This document shows positions 50,100-52,808 of a stretch of 52,808 nt of DNA, piece after piece. Below the pieces are notes generated by a model that had not been told where the DNA came from, searched no databases, and worked only from the letters and a program-made list of their open reading frames with translations. The stretch lies in assembly GCA_964537995.1 (NCBI GenBank), contig CAZICW010000005.1, positions 1 through 52,808 on the forward strand. Direction: 5' to 3'. Every line of letters begins with the position of its first letter. Within the stretch, counting starts at the first letter, position 1. The translations under genes were made by a program, and so were the position numbers. The DNA is from an uncultured Oscillospiraceae bacterium. Its GTDB lineage: Bacteria; Bacillota; Clostridia; UMGS1883.

Positions 50100-50842
50100 A
50101 TCCCGAAATTTCATTTAAAACCGCAATTTTTGAAGGGCCGCTTGATTTGCTGCTTCACCTTATATCAAAAAACAAGGTAAACATATACGATATTCCCATT
50201 GCGGAAATTACCGACCAATATTTTGAATATATAAACGCCATGCAGCAGCTTGATATGGAGCTTAGCGGGGAATTTCTCGTCATGGCGTCGCAGCTTCTGC
50301 TGATAAAGTCGCGTATGCTGCTTCCGCTTCCCGAAGAGGAAGAGGATCCTCGCGCCGAGCTTGCCGACAGACTGGAGGAATACCGCCGCTACAAGCTCAT
50401 TTCGAGCGAAATGGACAAGCTTTCACATTCAACGGACAATGTTGTTTTCAAGGAAGCCGAACCGATGGATTTTCCGAAAATAAAGCCGGAGAACAAGCTG
50501 ATCGGAGTTGATCGTCTGTACGCCGCATTTTCCGCGGTAATGGAGCGCAATTCCGCCCGCGCGGCTCTTGAGCCGAAAAATTTTCGCGGTGTAATCGGCA
50601 GAACGAACTACAGCATCCGTCGCGCCACAGCCGATATTATGGCGAAGCTCGGCGAGGACGACGCGGTGGAATTTGAGGATTTGTTCGAGGGGCTGTATGT
50701 CCGCGGCGAGCTTGTTGCGGCGTTTTTGGCGGTGCTGGAGCTTATAAAAGAAAATTATCTCGCGGTTATTGAGGAAGACGAAAAAATATACTGTGTACGT
50801 GGTGAAAAAGATGGAGAAGCTGACATCGGAGAGGAATATTGA
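50096..50842 (+). CDS. scpA: Segregation and condensation protein A
   Basis: FEGPLDLLLHLI, IKSRMLLP, FLAVLEL. Confidence 0.95.
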   Translation: MNPEISFKTAIFEGPLDLLLHLISKNKVNIYDIPIAEITDQYFEYINAMQQLDMELSGEFLVMASQLLLIKSRMLLPLPEEEEDPRAELADRLEEYRRYKLISSEMDKLSHSTDNVVFKEAEPMDFPKIKPENKLIGVDRLYAAFSAVMERNSARAALEPKNFRGVIGRTNYSIRRATADIMAKLGEDDAVEFEDLFEGLYVRGELVAAFLAVLELIKENYLAVIEEDEKIYCVRGEKDGEADIGEEY

Positions 50843-51410
50843 GTCGGCTGTTGAGGCGGTGCTTTTTTCCGTCGGCGAAGCCGTTGAGCTTGAACGGCTT
50901 TCGGAGGCTTTGGAGGTTACGTCGGACGCTCTCGCGGCGGCGGTTGCCTCGCTGAAAAAACGGCTTGAGGAAAGCGACAGCGGAATCCGTCTTGTCGAAA
51001 TAGGCGACAGCGTGCAGCTTTGCTCCGCTCCGAATTACTTTGAGTATATACAGAAAACCGTTCAGGTTAAAAAGCAGGTCGGGCTCAGCGCCGCCGCGCT
51101 GGAAACTCTTTCTATAATTGCGTATAATCAGCCCGTGACAAAGGGAACAATAGAGTTTATAAGGGGCGTTGACTGCTCCTACAGCGTTGCGAAGCTGACC
51201 GAACGCGGCTTTATAGATGAAGTCGGACGCGCGGAAACCCCCGGACGGCCCATACTTTACGGCACAACGATGGAATTTTTGCGCTGCTTCGGTCTGAAAA
51301 ATATCGATGAGCTTCCTCCGCTGCCGGAAAAGCAATCCGTCCCCGAAGTCAAGGAGCAGCCCGCGCCAAAGGATGTTATCGCCGAAGCGGCGGAAAATGA
51401 AAACGGCTGA
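50811..51410 (+). CDS. scpB: Segregation and condensation protein B
   Basis: EAVLF, LETLSIIAYNQPVT, IRGV, PGRPILYGTT, FGL. Confidence 0.95.
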   Translation: MEKLTSERNIESAVEAVLFSVGEAVELERLSEALEVTSDALAAAVASLKKRLEESDSGIRLVEIGDSVQLCSAPNYFEYIQKTVQVKKQVGLSAAALETLSIIAYNQPVTKGTIEFIRGVDCSYSVAKLTERGFIDEVGRAETPGRPILYGTTMEFLRCFGLKNIDELPPLPEKQSVPEVKEQPAPKDVIAEAAENENG

Positions 51411-51426
51411 AAAGGGGTGAAACGGC

Positions 51427-52203
51427 TTGATCGTTCTGGCTGTGGTTCTGGCGTTGCTCTTGTGCGTTCTGCTCGTCCCGATAAAAATATATGTGCGCTA
51501 TCGCGGCGGCGTCAGTCTTTGGGTATGTATTCTGGCTTGGAAGCGCGGCATTTTACCGCGCCCGAAAAAAACAAAGCCCGAAAAAAAAGCGGTTCGCTCC
51601 GGCAGCGATACGTCTGCGGACTCTAAAAGTCAAAAATCCGACCTTCCCCCCGAAGCAAAGCAAGCCGAAACCGAAAAGCCCGAGGAGCGGCGGGAAAGCT
51701 TCCCTCCGGAGCCTGAAAAAAAAGCTCCCGACAGCGGGAATAAAGAAAGCGAAAATAAAGAAAACGAAGAAGAAAAAACCGCATCGGAGCAGAAAGAAAA
51801 AAACGAATCTCTGCCGGAAAGAATAGCCCGTTATCTTAAGCTGGCGGAGGAATTTCTCGGGCCGCTGCGCAAGGCGGTAAGGCAGCTTGTCAAGGCGGAG
51901 AGCCTTGAAGTGACGGTTTCCGTCGGTACGGAGGACGCGGCGAAAACCGCGGTATATTCGGGTATGCTTTGGAGCATCGGCTATAATATAATCGCCCTTG
52001 CGGACAGAATTGTAAAAATAAGGTCACAGAGCCTTAAGGTCGAACCGGTCTACGGTCATACCTGTCTTAAAGCCGAGGGTGATTGTATATTGCGAACAAG
52101 CTTGGCAAATATTATAGCTGCGGCGGCAATTTTGGGAATTGCGTATTTACGGTATAAATTAAAAAACAGGAGGAATAAAAATGAGCGAGCATCCGTTAAA
52201 TGA
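51427..52203 (+). CDS. YtfI / DUF2953-like sporulation-associated membrane protein with long charged insert
   Basis: N-terminal TM, GTEDAAKTAVYSG motif, position between scpB and ytfJ. Confidence 0.7.
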   Translation: MIVLAVVLALLLCVLLVPIKIYVRYRGGVSLWVCILAWKRGILPRPKKTKPEKKAVRSGSDTSADSKSQKSDLPPEAKQAETEKPEERRESFPPEPEKKAPDSGNKESENKENEEEKTASEQKEKNESLPERIARYLKLAEEFLGPLRKAVRQLVKAESLEVTVSVGTEDAAKTAVYSGMLWSIGYNIIALADRIVKIRSQSLKVEPVYGHTCLKAEGDCILRTSLANIIAAAAILGIAYLRYKLKNRRNKNERASVK

Positions 52204-52561
52204 GCTTATAAATACGGCGCTTACGAACATCAAGGCAATGGTTGACGTGAACACAATAATCGGCAATCCCGTTGAAACCGCGAGCGGAGCGGTTATTATC
52301 CCCGTTTCGCGCGTTGGCTTCGGCTTTGTTGCGGGAGGCTCCGACGTTCCGAGCAAGGCGGTTTCGCCCGAAAAGAATTTCGGAGGCGCGAGCGGAGCCG
52401 GCATCTCAATTTCGCCAATCGGCTTTTTGGTTGTAAACGGAGACAGCGTGAAGCTTTTGCCCGTCAATTCGGCGAATACCACCGTTGATAAGCTTATCGA
52501 CAGTATTCCCGAAATGTTTGACAAGGTCAGCGGAATTATAAACAAAAATAAGGGAGAATAA
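52181..52561 (+). CDS. ytfJ: GerW/YtfJ sporulation protein
   Basis: MVDVNTIIGNPV, IIPVSRVGFGFVAGGSD, FGGASGAGISISPIGFLVV. Confidence 0.92.
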   Translation: MSEHPLNELINTALTNIKAMVDVNTIIGNPVETASGAVIIPVSRVGFGFVAGGSDVPSKAVSPEKNFGGASGAGISISPIGFLVVNGDSVKLLPVNSANTTVDKLIDSIPEMFDKVSGIINKNKGE

Positions 52562-52719
52562 AACTGCCCCGTAACAGCAGGTGCAAAGCCGAAATTTGCA
52601 CCTGCCCGATTCCGCGAAGGCGCAAAATATATTCCGCCGGAGAGCCTTCGCCGCCGCGTCCGCTTTGAAAATTTACGAAAAATTTTTTGAGATTTTCTCC
52701 GCAAATTTTGTTAAAACGC

Positions 52720-52748
52720 TTGACAAAGCCTTTTTCCCGTGTTATAAT
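52720..52748 (+). promoter_or_regulatory. Consensus sigmaA promoter for the tRNA
   Basis: TTGACA-17nt-TATAAT with TGn. Confidence 0.85.
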
Positions 52749-52764
52749 AGACCAGTCAGCACTT

Positions 52765-52808
52765 GGAGAGGTGTCCGAGTGGTTTAAGGAGCCGGTCTTG
52801 AAAACCGG
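52765..52808 (+). tRNA. tRNA-Ser (anticodon TGA), 3' part cut by the window end
   Basis: GGAGAGG TG TCC GAGTGGTTTAA GGA G CCGGT-CT-TGA-AA-ACCGG; anticodon at 52799-52801. Confidence 0.92.

Noticed and set aside
52562-52808. tRNA-Ser as a prophage or island attachment site
   Set aside because: Only the 5' half is visible; no integrase or duplicated tRNA fragment in the window; upstream hairpins look like ytfJ terminators

Overview
A mostly housekeeping chromosomal segment from an endospore-forming Clostridia-class Firmicute (sigmaA promoters, Gram-positive LexA box, ytfI-gerW, [FeFe]-hydrogenases). In order: two convergent LysM cell-wall genes; an orphan priming glycosyltransferase; rnhA; a large secreted GH105 with five CBM32-like modules; trmFO; cimA-leuC-leuD-leuB; rpmB; uvrBA; feoA; ychF; an OmpR-family two-component system with htrA; an orphan GyrB/ParE-type gene; hflX-yigZ; two tandem amidase paralogues; ruvCAB; a G5/3D protein; trkAH; a DRTGG / Ser-Thr kinase / atypical hydrogenase / DRTGG / PHP cassette before a HydC-(HATPase)-HydD-HydB-HydA bifurcating hydrogenase operon; tcdA; an HD hydrolase; lysA; a site-2 protease; scpAB; ytfI-gerW; and the 5' half of tRNA-Ser(TGA). 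I saw no CRISPR array, prophage, intact transposase or defence system. The best leads are: (1) the hydrogenase-linked phosphorylation cassette, whose gene order is known but whose mechanism is, to my knowledge, unresolved; (2) phased 11-bp direct-repeat boxes suggesting a local envelope regulon; (3) an unexplained rod-shaped RNA-like structure at about 1666-1813; (4) an unnamed His-rich domain on the first LysM protein; (5) the GH105 architecture with a recent 477-bp module duplication; (6) the topoisomerase B subunit with no adjacent A subunit. All calls are by-eye motif recognition with no database search.
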